From a virus (Duplodnaviria; Caudoviricetes), in IMG/VR virus record IMGVR_UViG_3300022178_001342, positions 1 to 38,848 of that record: a DNA stretch of 38,848 bases; one strand, 5' to 3'. Shown piece after piece: positions 16,432 to 25,344 of the stretch. The position numbers and the translations under genes are program-made. Under the pieces are notes generated by a model. The model did not search any database. It was not told the origin of the DNA and was given only the letters and a program-made list of their open reading frames with translations. Position 1 is the stretch's first letter; every line of letters starts with the position of its first letter.

Positions 16432-18542
16432 TATCTTCTCCCGTCTGGTCTTATATCAACCCGCGGCGTTCCTAGTCGCCATCCAACTCCTGTGTCCGTA
16501 GATTCCAACTTTAACGAAAACGCCCTGCCACGAAGGCGTAAATTAACCTGATTTGTCCACTGCTCCAAAGGCACCGTAGCCGTCCGAGTAACCGCCTTTG
16601 CCTGCGTTTGAAGGTATAATCCGCCCGGATAATTACGCGCCTGTAAGGTCATAGTGGCTGATGGAAGAGAGGCCGTTGAGTCCCTAAACGTTAAATCAGG
16701 TATCATCTTGCTCATAAACAAAAAGTGGTCCCCGTCACCCATATCTATCTGACTGCTTTCAATCCGCGCAGAAATAGCCGTTACAGGGTCCGTACTGCCG
16801 TCATCAAACCCTATTTCATGGTTATACAGGTAATGATCCGGTGCCGCTGCAATCGGATCAGCGTTTATACCACGATCTAGCCATACAGTGCGGTCCATTG
16901 TGCCGTAATACCAAAGGTTTTGCTGGTAATTAAACACTACATATCGGTCGTTTTCAGAACTACTTGAAGAGGGATAAAACCACCAAATCTCCCCAAAAGC
17001 AGTGTTTGAAGAGGCTGTGACCTTCTCCTTTTGAAAGAAGTTAAAGTCCGAAAAGACGTAATCACGTACCGTACAAGGTATGCGCTGTACCGCGCCAGAA
17101 TAGGTGTAAAACTCTTCCTGACCCATCCAAAACACGTTGTCTTCTACGTTAATCGCGGCCAACGGACCCATAATGGTTATGTTGTCCGATACCATGTTAA
17201 TACCGAAGGTAAACGGCGGTCCTAGAAACTGCATCGCGTGTAACGAAACATCCGTAAATACCATGATCTGTTGTTTTGTCTCTACCGCAGCCACAATCTC
17301 AGAACCAGAACCTATTCTAAGGTCGCCCGCAGTATTCGTAGCCGCCGCAGCCCAACCCGTAAGGCTTGCCTGACTGCCAAATCTAATTAACAACGGGTCT
17401 TGGTCCGTACTGTTTTCAGCGTTAGTTCCAAACACGACAACATGGCGGTCGTTGTCAGAAACCAAAACTATCTTAGCCTTGGTTGGTGGACTGCTTGCCC
17501 CCGAAAGAGTGGATAAAGCTACCGCCCTGACGCCTGTACCGTTAGTCTTATCCCAATAGTAGATGTTTCCATCCCTATCGTTAAGCAAGAGGTCCTCGCC
17601 AAAGTTATCGTGGCTCCAAATTCTAAGCATCTGACCCGAGGCGCTTGTGTCCGTAGACGAGTTCCACGTGCCGCGGCCCCAAGTACCCGCGTTCCAGCCG
17701 TTGCCAACAATAGTGGTATCTAGGCCCGTGTTGATTTGATACGCGGCCACCGTAGAACTGCCGCCGCTACCACTGTCAGAAGTGTTAGCAAACACGAAGG
17801 TGGCGTTTAAACCGCCCGTGGTTGTAATTGAAGCAATAGTGGAAACTGTACGGGCTTCAATCTGATAGGCATTAGCACTTACAATCGAAGTAATCTGATA
17901 TTCTTGGTTAAGAACTGCGGCGGTAATTACGCCGCCCAAAGTCGCAGCATCCGTAAAAGTTACAAAGTCATCCGCCAAAGCGCCGTGTTCGTTTTCCGTT
18001 ACAGTAATGGTGCAGCAACCAACTGCGGCCCCATCCGCATGAGACGCGGCAGTCGTACCGTTTTGGCCCCTAGCGCAACCCAACAAAGTAACGCTGGAAA
18101 TAGAGGCGTAGGTTATTTCTTCAGAACCTATCTTAATGCGACCCGAAGCAGGAAACCCCGTGGCGCTGTCTATTACAATAGTCTCCGCAGTGGCGTCGAT
18201 AGCTCCGTTAAGAGTGTCCGCGCCCGTAGCAAAGGTGGCATCACCCGCGCTCGTTGTTAAACGAATTGGGGTGATGTCGTAGTACTGCGTGCCCTCTAGT
18301 ATGTAATACTTTAGGTGCGTTCCAACTCCGATAAAACTTGTGCCGTCTAACGCGGACCACGGGTGCAATGCGCGGCATGTTCCTAAGAAGGCTGTACTAG
18401 AGTACTTAGACCAACCTCCTATTTTTTCAGGAAACCCAAAACGAAACCTAACCTTATCCACATCAAACCAACCGCCCTCGTTACTATAAGAGGTGGTTTC
18501 TCGGTTTATTCCGGGCTTGAACTGGAGCTTGGTCAGGGGCAT
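16431..18542 (-). CDS. Tail nozzle/stabilisation protein (P22 gp10 / T7 gp12-like)
   Basis: Beta-propeller-like pattern (WSHDNFGEDLL, DPLLIRFG, AGDLRIG, VFWMG, EIWWFYPS, YVVFNY) and terminal WRLGTPRVDIRPDGRR. Start reassigned to ATG 18542 (MPLTKLQF), which has a TAAGGA RBS. Confidence 0.78.
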   Translation of the reverse strand: MPLTKLQFKPGINRETTSYSNEGGWFDVDKVRFRFGFPEKIGGWSKYSSTAFLGTCRALHPWSALDGTSFIGVGTHLKYYILEGTQYYDITPIRLTTSAGDATFATGADTLNGAIDATAETIVIDSATGFPASGRIKIGSEEITYASISSVTLLGCARGQNGTTAASHADGAAVGCCTITVTENEHGALADDFVTFTDAATLGGVITAAVLNQEYQITSIVSANAYQIEARTVSTIASITTTGGLNATFVFANTSDSGSGGSSTVAAYQINTGLDTTIVGNGWNAGTWGRGTWNSSTDTSASGQMLRIWSHDNFGEDLLLNDRDGNIYYWDKTNGTGVRAVALSTLSGASSPPTKAKIVLVSDNDRHVVVFGTNAENSTDQDPLLIRFGSQASLTGWAAAATNTAGDLRIGSGSEIVAAVETKQQIMVFTDVSLHAMQFLGPPFTFGINMVSDNITIMGPLAAINVEDNVFWMGQEEFYTYSGAVQRIPCTVRDYVFSDFNFFQKEKVTASSNTAFGEIWWFYPSSSSSENDRYVVFNYQQNLWYYGTMDRTVWLDRGINADPIAAAPDHYLYNHEIGFDDGSTDPVTAISARIESSQIDMGDGDHFLFMSKMIPDLTFRDSTASLPSATMTLQARNYPGGLYLQTQAKAVTRTATVPLEQWTNQVNLRLRGRAFSLKLESTDTGVGWRLGTPRVDIRPDGRR

Positions 18543-18552
18543 GGCGTCATCC

Positions 18553-18774
18553 TTACGAGTTTGCCGCAATAGCAGCATTAACAGCAGTCATACTTTCTGT
18601 AGTCCAGTAGTCTTTTGCCACCATGAGTTGCAGATGCTCTACATTGCGGGACACTGTGTCTGCCCAATCTGCATCGGACATATCCTCTGGTTGACCAGCG
18701 TTAAGGAGATCAACTGAGTGACCCATTGCTGTGTAGTTCTGTGCGATTTCTTCTGCAGTTGGTGTATCAGTCAT
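18553..18774 (-). CDS. Small hypothetical protein, possibly tail-fibre associated
   Basis: 73-aa acidic ORF directly after the tail fibre, with an AGGA RBS. Confidence 0.7.
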   Translation of the reverse strand: MTDTPTAEEIAQNYTAMGHSVDLLNAGQPEDMSDADWADTVSRNVEHLQLMVAKDYWTTESMTAVNAAIAANS

Positions 18775-18777
18775 TGT

Positions 18778-21531
18778 TTAGTTTCCTTCTAGGGCTGTGA
18801 TGCGGTCAGTTAATGCCGTAATTGTAGCTTGCTGTTCTTGGATTGAGGCAATCATTAAAGGGATAAGTTCAGTGTATCTCACTGAAAGATAATCCGTACC
18901 ATCTTGCTCGGTGATGTCCATTGCTTCAGGGACAACATTCTGTACGGACTGGGCTATTACCCCTACCTGTGGATCATTGCTTTCATCATTATTCCAAGTA
19001 AACTTTACAGGATCAATTTGCGCCAAATCTGCTACAGCGTTTGTATATCTTCCAGTAACAGTTTTTAATCTAGAATCGGAAACACTTGCCCAAGAAGTTC
19101 CATTAGCACTCAACTGGACTCCATTGCTAACATTCATTACATAGGCTTTGGTATTGTATAGACCAAACCAAGCATTGTATGCTTGAGCATCTGTAAATTG
19201 TATACTAGCATCATAAGCAGTAGCACCAGAACTCATGTTAATCTTTGGCGCACCGCCCCTACCTGTATCCGTGTCTCCGTTGTATGGGAGTTGCCAAGAT
19301 TTACTTGTAGTGACGTAGGCTAACCTAGGATTACCATCCCCATCCGACAGCACGATGTTGTTGCCTGCGGTGCGGATGTCCAAGCCGCCAGCGTTGCCTG
19401 TGTAACGACCAAGGACGGTGTTTTTAGAACCTGTTGTAATGTAGTATCCTGCTTGTTCTCCAATAAGTGTATTATCTGCACCCGTAGTGTTACTATATCC
19501 TGCACTATACCCAACCGCTGTGTTGCGGGATGCGGTGGTGTTGGATAATAAAGAATAACCACCAACTGCTATGTTTGTAGCTCCTGTTGTGTTTGCTTGT
19601 AGAGCAAATGTACCCACAGCCGTATTGTTAGATGCTGTGGTAGTAAGTTTTAATGCTCTAAAACCTAAAGCTGTGTTGTAAGAAGATGTGGTAAGTGAAA
19701 GCCCAGCCTCACCGCCAATACCTGTGTTGCCCGTACCAGTAGTATTACTATATACTGCCTGATACCCAACCGCTGTGTTGTTAGATGCGGTGGTGTTTGC
19801 AATAAGCGCTGAAGTACCCAACGCAGTATTCTGACCGCCAGTTGTATTAACTCGTAGCGAAGAAACACCCATTGCAACATTATCTGCCCCGCCAATATTT
19901 GTCAGAAGTGATGCGTAACCCACGGCTGAGTTATTGGAGCCAGTGTTAGCACTAAGGGCTAAAGTCCCAAAAGCGGAATTGGTAGTTCCAGTAATATTAG
20001 TTTGAAGAGTACCCTGACCAAAAGCACAATTGTTTGTACCTGTTGTATTTGCTTTTAATGCTTGATAACCAAAAGCGGTTGTTGGTGTGCCAGTAGTATT
20101 AGCATACCCAGCCTGATACCCAACAGCCGTGTTAGCGGATGCGGTGGTGTTTGCCTTTAAAGAATCCATACCGACAGATACGTTATAGCTACCAGTAGTA
20201 TTAAGGTGTAAGGCCCTTTCACCAAGTGCTACGTTCTGTATGCCTGTTGTATTTGTATAGAATGAACGCCACCCAAGTGCCGAATTACTTACGCCTGTAG
20301 TAGTGCTGTATGCAGCCTGATACCCAACTGCGGTGTTTTCGGATGCGGTGGTGTTGGCACTAAGTGCTAAAGTACCCAATGCGACATTCGACCCACCAGT
20401 TGTAATTGCATCTCCTGCTTGACCACCAATGAGGGTGTTGCTTGTGCCAGTTGTAACTGATAGCCCTGCATTGTAGCCAACTGCTGTGTTGTTACTGTCT
20501 GTAGCAGTCGCAAAGTCTTGACTAGCCAATGCCGCATGACCCAAAGCAGTTGAATGATGACCGTTTCTGTCTGTAATTAAAGCCTGCTCCCCAAAGGCTG
20601 TATTATTACTTCCAGCTACTAAGTTAGCACCTGCAAAAGTGCCCATTAAAACGTTGCGAATACCTGTTGTCATATCAAGACCCGCTTGATAGCCCACTGC
20701 TACGTTTCGTGAATTAGCTCCAGCATTTAATGTTTTTAATGATTGATAACCAATGGCTGTATTGTGACCATTAGCATCTTCAGTGCTAAGTGCTTCAAAT
20801 CCAATAGCTACGTTACCATCACCCGTAGTCAAAGCAGTACCAGCCTCATCACCAACGACCACGTTGTAATTACCGTCAGAGGCTATTGAGTTACCTGCGT
20901 TTACCCCTGCACGAAAGTTGGATGTACCTGCTGAAGCAGTGATAATATCTGCACCATCTGCAAAGGTTACGTCAGCCGCAAAGTTAGCTGCACCATCTAC
21001 ATCAATAATGTCTAGGTTAGATGTTCCATCTACATCTAGGTCGCCACCTACTGAAGCATCATCCGTAACCGTCAAATCGTCATCAACCAACAAGTCCACA
21101 ACATTAAGCGTGGCAAAGGCATCAACTATCGCGGCACCAGAACCCGCGCCATCTGAGTAAACAGACTTGGTTTGACCCGCGGGAATTGTGACGTTAGCAC
21201 CCGACCCTTGAGAAATAATGATGTTCTGCGAACCGCTGGTGCTGTTCTGAATAAACCACATCTTGCTGACCGTGTTAGGACCAAGAGTAATGGTGCAGGC
21301 GCTGTCCAGCGTTCCTGTATACTTTAAAAACAGGGCGCGGCCCGGATCAGTGGCACCGTCCGCAATGGTGGTGGCGTGTGTGTCCGCGTTAGTCGTAATA
21401 GCCTCAGTGCCAAAAGCAAACGCTTCAGCAATAAGTTCTAAGTTTGTGTTAGTTGTATCGCCCCAAGAACCCGATTGTTCTCCAGAGCCAATCTCTTCTA
21501 AGCGAAGATCGTTTGTATATACGCTTGCCAT
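18778..21531 (-). CDS. Tail fibre/receptor-binding protein with YadA-head-like NTAVG repeats and a C-terminal Peptidase_S74 intramolecular chaperone
   Basis: N-terminal anchor GEQSGSWGDTTNTNL; many ~14-aa NxAxGxxAL repeats; S74 signature SDSRLK...GVIAQ.V..VVPE...YTELIPLMIASIQE followed by a coiled coil (18778-19080). Confidence 0.9.
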   Translation of the reverse strand: MASVYTNDLRLEEIGSGEQSGSWGDTTNTNLELIAEAFAFGTEAITTNADTHATTIADGATDPGRALFLKYTGTLDSACTITLGPNTVSKMWFIQNSTSGSQNIIISQGSGANVTIPAGQTKSVYSDGAGSGAAIVDAFATLNVVDLLVDDDLTVTDDASVGGDLDVDGTSNLDIIDVDGAANFAADVTFADGADIITASAGTSNFRAGVNAGNSIASDGNYNVVVGDEAGTALTTGDGNVAIGFEALSTEDANGHNTAIGYQSLKTLNAGANSRNVAVGYQAGLDMTTGIRNVLMGTFAGANLVAGSNNTAFGEQALITDRNGHHSTALGHAALASQDFATATDSNNTAVGYNAGLSVTTGTSNTLIGGQAGDAITTGGSNVALGTLALSANTTASENTAVGYQAAYSTTTGVSNSALGWRSFYTNTTGIQNVALGERALHLNTTGSYNVSVGMDSLKANTTASANTAVGYQAGYANTTGTPTTAFGYQALKANTTGTNNCAFGQGTLQTNITGTTNSAFGTLALSANTGSNNSAVGYASLLTNIGGADNVAMGVSSLRVNTTGGQNTALGTSALIANTTASNNTAVGYQAVYSNTTGTGNTGIGGEAGLSLTTSSYNTALGFRALKLTTTASNNTAVGTFALQANTTGATNIAVGGYSLLSNTTASRNTAVGYSAGYSNTTGADNTLIGEQAGYYITTGSKNTVLGRYTGNAGGLDIRTAGNNIVLSDGDGNPRLAYVTTSKSWQLPYNGDTDTGRGGAPKINMSSGATAYDASIQFTDAQAYNAWFGLYNTKAYVMNVSNGVQLSANGTSWASVSDSRLKTVTGRYTNAVADLAQIDPVKFTWNNDESNDPQVGVIAQSVQNVVPEAMDITEQDGTDYLSVRYTELIPLMIASIQEQQATITALTDRITALEGN

Positions 21532-21540
21532 GTTGTTATC

Positions 21541-22053
21541 CTATGCTGCGAGGCCATGCTCAATCTCAACCCAATCAGGTGTTTGAGCAACCGTGATGTT
21601 TGTAAAGTTAGACGTTTGAGCAACCGTGATGTTTGTAAAGTTAGACGTTTGAGAGGGAATTATGTTACTCCAAGCAGACCTTAACTCGCCTATTTGACCC
21701 GTAGCACTAACTCCAGTAACCTCAACGTTTGCGGCTCCTACAATGGTTGTAGTGCCTATGGCAGAAGTCATTTGAACTTCTGTGTTTGTTGTAAAAAAGC
21801 TGCCTAACGCCGAGGTGCCCGCAACGCCCGTTACAGAAACGTTGGCCTCACCAACCACCGTTACAGAGCCAACTGCTGCCGTTCCAACTAAGGAACCTAC
21901 AAACCCAAAGGCGTCTCCCGAGACGTTAACAGTCTGACTGTTAACAGAAGCGGTCGCAGTTAATGGAAAGGCAACGTTGGTATTCCAAGTACCCGTGTTC
22001 CATCCTTGTATGGAGCTATTCCACCCCTGAAAGGCTGCAACCGGATCAGCCAT
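21541..22053 (-). CDS. Putative virion fibre/structural protein (T/V/G/S-rich repeats)
   Basis: Repeated (V)TGVxxTxxxGxxT units; N-terminal GWN..GWNTGTWN. Confidence 0.65.
   Translation of the reverse strand: MADPVAAFQGWNSSIQGWNTGTWNTNVAFPLTATASVNSQTVNVSGDAFGFVGSLVGTAAVGSVTVVGEANVSVTGVAGTSALGSFFTTNTEVQMTSAIGTTTIVGAANVEVTGVSATGQIGELRSAWSNIIPSQTSNFTNITVAQTSNFTNITVAQTPDWVEIEHGLAA
21581..21653 (-). repeat. Perfect 33-bp tandem duplication (QTSNFTNITVA x2)
   Basis: gtttgagcaaccgtgatgtttgtaaagttagac x2, plus gtttgag. Confidence 0.95.
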
Positions 22054-22487
22054 TAGGCTATCCGAATAATCGCGTTAGAAGCATCAGCCGTGGGAAACAC
22101 AATCGTAAAGTCGCCAGAACTAGCCGCCTTATCCGCGCCAAAATCTAGAACACAAACCGTCGGATCACCGGATGCCGCCTCGTTAAAGATTAACGCGCCC
22201 CGCACTCCCGAAATAGTAACCGTAGAAAACACCTCGTCAGCAAAATCTGTAAACGCCGTGGTGCTACTTGACGTAGGTGTTACACTGGTAAGAAAGTTTC
22301 CCTTCGCGGTGTAATTTGTACCACTGATTTCGTTGCTAGAAGTGTACGCGGTTGTTGCCGCGGTAAAACTGGCGCTGTTATCATACAAGGCCAGTTTAAA
22401 TTGGTCGCTTGCTGCCGTGAAGTTGTGTACGCCCTTCATCAGTTCTACTTTGAACGACGTGCATAGAAAGTTTCCACTGAAAGCCAT
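22053..22487 (-). CDS. Conserved virion structural protein
   Basis: SFKVELMKGVHNF..FKLALY..NEISGTNYTAKG..VLDFGADK..GDFTIVFP pattern is common in phage tail modules; translationally coupled to its neighbours. Confidence 0.7.
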   Translation of the reverse strand: MAFSGNFLCTSFKVELMKGVHNFTAASDQFKLALYDNSASFTAATTAYTSSNEISGTNYTAKGNFLTSVTPTSSSTTAFTDFADEVFSTVTISGVRGALIFNEAASGDPTVCVLDFGADKAASSGDFTIVFPTADASNAIIRIA

Positions 22488-22787
22488 CTACATTTTCCTT
22501 ATATATTCGGCCAACTTGGGCTGACCCGCATCTTTTATTGCATTATATACCGTAGTACGGTCACTTTGGATAGCCTGTTTCATATACACCGAAATTATCT
22601 TCTCCATCTCGGAGCGATACGCGCGGGCCTGATCCCGTATGGCAGGAGGAGCGTTGTCGGAAACACCAATTATCTTGTTTACGCAACGCAACGCAGTTTC
22701 TTCCGGTGTAAAACCACGGTTATCCGTAGTCTCAACACCAACCTTAAAATCATTAGACATGGACACGCCAAAGGACATATTGTTCAT
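22488..22787 (-). CDS. Hypothetical protein
   Basis: 99 aa, ATGA overlap with the upstream gene. Confidence 0.72.
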   Translation of the reverse strand: MNNMSFGVSMSNDFKVGVETTDNRGFTPEETALRCVNKIIGVSDNAPPAIRDQARAYRSEMEKIISVYMKQAIQSDRTTVYNAIKDAGQPKLAEYIRKM

Positions 22788-23641
22788 TGTTTCGGCCTCA
22801 CAACAGGTCCAGTACGGTATTCATCTGTAACTTCTTTAGCTTCTCCCAGCATCTTCAGTCCCATGATGGCCTCTCCAAACCGTTTTTCATACAACGCTTC
22901 CATATCCTGTTCACCCTTCATAAAGATGTAGGCTTCCATCAACGAGCCGTACAGCATGGCAATCTCAGCGTTGTCACTGAGCCACGAAACAGTGGTATCC
23001 GCTCCAATAGCTGCAATTACTGCGGTAGCCCCCGTGTCACTTCCGGTAATCGTCTCTCCAACAACATAATCTCCACTTGGAATCACAACAGTCAGCGTTG
23101 TGGAAGACGGTACAGAGTTAACTCCGCTAGATTGACCGCTAGTCGATCCAGTAATTGTATCCGCCGCGGTAAAAGTGCCCACAACACTGGTTAACGTTAG
23201 CGTAAAGGCGCTCTGCGTTAAACTTAACGGACGATAGAAGTAGTGTAGCTCAACATTGTAACCGCTGTCGGGTGTTGGAGCTAAGATGAAGTTTTGCAAG
23301 TCGTACTGCGCATAATACCGAGGAGGTCCCGTAACCGCAGCATTCGGGGTAAACGATTGAACAAAGTCAGAGTTTTTAAAGTCTAAAAATATCTGTTGAG
23401 TACTGTCACTGGTAAATGACAAAGAAAATGGAGCTAAAAAATCGTCAGGAGCATTTAAATACTTGTTTCCCGCGGTCAAGGTTCCCGCGGAGTTCTTTTG
23501 AAACAGGCTTAACTGGACGTTTTTTAAGATTCGCTCCTCCGTATTTTTAATAAAAATAGGAAGATTCTTAATAAACGTTGTCTCGTCGTTTTCAGTGTAA
23601 TCCTGTATCGCTGTTTTAAGCGTTGTGTATGTGTAGCTCAT
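22784..23641 (-). CDS. Head-tail adaptor / tail tubular protein A-like (paralogue 1)
   Basis: YTTLKTAIQDY, GPPRYYA, LAPTPDSGYNVELHY, MLYGSLMEAYIFMK, YEKRFGEA. Confidence 0.7.
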   Translation of the reverse strand: MSYTYTTLKTAIQDYTENDETTFIKNLPIFIKNTEERILKNVQLSLFQKNSAGTLTAGNKYLNAPDDFLAPFSLSFTSDSTQQIFLDFKNSDFVQSFTPNAAVTGPPRYYAQYDLQNFILAPTPDSGYNVELHYFYRPLSLTQSAFTLTLTSVVGTFTAADTITGSTSGQSSGVNSVPSSTTLTVVIPSGDYVVGETITGSDTGATAVIAAIGADTTVSWLSDNAEIAMLYGSLMEAYIFMKGEQDMEALYEKRFGEAIMGLKMLGEAKEVTDEYRTGPVVRPKQ

Positions 23642-23994
23642 GTTGTCACCGTGACCTCGCCTACCGAGCCTTCTAAAGCTACAGTGTTGTTTATTTCAGT
23701 TGGAAGTTCCGCGGTTCCCGACGTAGACCAGTTTCCGTTTCCTAAATAAATAATTCCGTTGGTAGTTTTAACCATAAAAGGCGTGTTTGTATCAGGACTT
23801 TGAGGACGCGCATCTTTTAAAGCCTGTGGATCAGAAACTTCTCTAAATGGTCCTAGTTGAGGTTGCTTGGCTTCCCACTCGTCCCTGCCAACTAACAAGC
23901 CGTTCCACTCTTTTCGCATGTCTTTATACCGATACCGAAAACCGGATCGGTCAGAAATTGCAAAAGCGTTTTTTCCACTTGCAAATTGAGACAT
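23638..23994 (-). CDS. Conserved hypothetical neck-region protein
   Basis: ASGKNAFAISDRSGFRY..EWNGLLV..EWEAKQPQL..DPQALKDARP; ends GSVGEVTVTT. Confidence 0.72.
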   Translation of the reverse strand: MSQFASGKNAFAISDRSGFRYRYKDMRKEWNGLLVGRDEWEAKQPQLGPFREVSDPQALKDARPQSPDTNTPFMVKTTNGIIYLGNGNWSTSGTAELPTEINNTVALEGSVGEVTVTT

Positions 23995-24662
23995 CAGCCC
24001 GTCCTATAGTACTGATACTGCGGAACCACGTTAAACGAAGCCCTGTCACGGTCTTCCGTCATAGCGCGTTCAAACTCTTCCTCATACATGGCTTTCAATA
24101 GTTGTACGCGCTGCGGGGCTCGTTTTACCGAGATATAATAAGCCAAACCCGCGGCCAAACAGGGGTAGAACCTAAACGGCATGTCCAGAGTATTGATATA
24201 CGTGTCCGCGTCATCCATACGCGTGAGTGCATTATAATACACAATATCGGTGTTGTTATCTGGTGCAGGCCAAAGTTTAAAACTGGGCGTAACCTGACGA
24301 TCCAAGAAGAATTGATTGGGTCTGCCTTTTGTATCCTTATTCGGGATGTTCAAGTACTCTTCGCGGCTTAGTCTTGATAAAGCGTAATCTGTTCCGTCGC
24401 GTTGAACTACAACAGACAATATGTCAATTATATCAGCATCAAGAGCATAGACTCCCGTGCCATCCACCATCGTGACAGTGCGTTGAGCAATCGTCCACTG
24501 GTTTAATCCACGGTTTGCCCACTCAGCCAACATAAGATTTAACGAGCGTTTTGCTGTCTTTAAATCATACCCCGTTCGTACTTCTAAGCCGCAACGCTCA
24601 AAAGCTTCTTCAATGTATTCATCTACATCAAGTTCAAAATCTACGCTGTTAGATACGGCCAT
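23994..24662 (-). CDS. Head-tail adaptor-like protein (paralogue 2)
   Basis: IEEAFERCG, AKRSLNLMLAEWANRG, GRPNQFF, LWPAPD, LAAGLAYY, YEEEFERA. Start reassigned to ATG 24662 (GAGGA RBS). Confidence 0.7.
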   Translation of the reverse strand: MAVSNSVDFELDVDEYIEEAFERCGLEVRTGYDLKTAKRSLNLMLAEWANRGLNQWTIAQRTVTMVDGTGVYALDADIIDILSVVVQRDGTDYALSRLSREEYLNIPNKDTKGRPNQFFLDRQVTPSFKLWPAPDNNTDIVYYNALTRMDDADTYINTLDMPFRFYPCLAAGLAYYISVKRAPQRVQLLKAMYEEEFERAMTEDRDRASFNVVPQYQYYRTG

Positions 24663-24663
24663 C

Positions 24664-25338
24664 TTAATCCTCGCTGTAAATGTTATCAAATATTTGAGTT
24701 ACATCTAACGTATAGTCTAAATCAGATTTAGAGTAATGTACATGCTGCGAAGGTTTGAAGTCCGGTGCGCCCTGACCTGTCTCAAACCAAGCTGGATGCG
24801 TTACCCTAACGCGGTTGTTTGGCAAAGCCACGATATTGCCCGTCCACTTATCCGCATTTAGTAATTGCATGACATGAGCCTGCTTGTGTTGAGCCGGATC
24901 ATCCGCAATATCCGTATCAGTGTAATCCACAGTAAACATATACTTGGCAGGAAAGAACTCGCCGCCAATCTTTGCCATCCAAGGACAAGGTGTGGCCCTG
25001 TCCAAAACATACACTGCGTGAGTGTGAGAAGGGCAATCCCACGGTTGAGCCTCGTGTACAGCCATAGGTTGCGGCCAATCTTCTAAAGGTTCGTCAGCAA
25101 CCAAAGCTGTTATAGGCATTCTAGCCCACATTGCGCCGCCGTGAACATTATCCCCGCCCTCCTCGTCTACCTCACAACCTGTAAAGATAAGTTGAAAGCT
25201 TAAACAACGATTAGGCATAGTGGTTACGGCAATAGCCATAGCGTGTAGAAACTCGCCGTGATAACGTTCGTGATTAACGGTGTACTCACGGCGAACCCAA
25301 CACTTAAAGTGCGGTATGTTACTTTGTAAAAACGGCAT
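24664..25338 (-). CDS. Conserved phage protein of unknown function (Cys/His/Trp-rich)
   Basis: 224-aa globular-looking ORF with CWVRREY, GAMWARMPI, QPWDC, YMFTVD, QHKQAH and LPNNRV. Confidence 0.8.
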   Translation of the reverse strand: MPFLQSNIPHFKCWVRREYTVNHERYHGEFLHAMAIAVTTMPNRCLSFQLIFTGCEVDEEGGDNVHGGAMWARMPITALVADEPLEDWPQPMAVHEAQPWDCPSHTHAVYVLDRATPCPWMAKIGGEFFPAKYMFTVDYTDTDIADDPAQHKQAHVMQLLNADKWTGNIVALPNNRVRVTHPAWFETGQGAPDFKPSQHVHYSKSDLDYTLDVTQIFDNIYSED

Positions 25339-25344
25339 TAAAGT

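Noticed and set aside
19507-20355. 36-nt repeats as a CRISPR or mini-array
   Set aside because: Spacing is long and irregular (255, 354 and 204 nt), always in frame, and the copies encode the fibre repeat.
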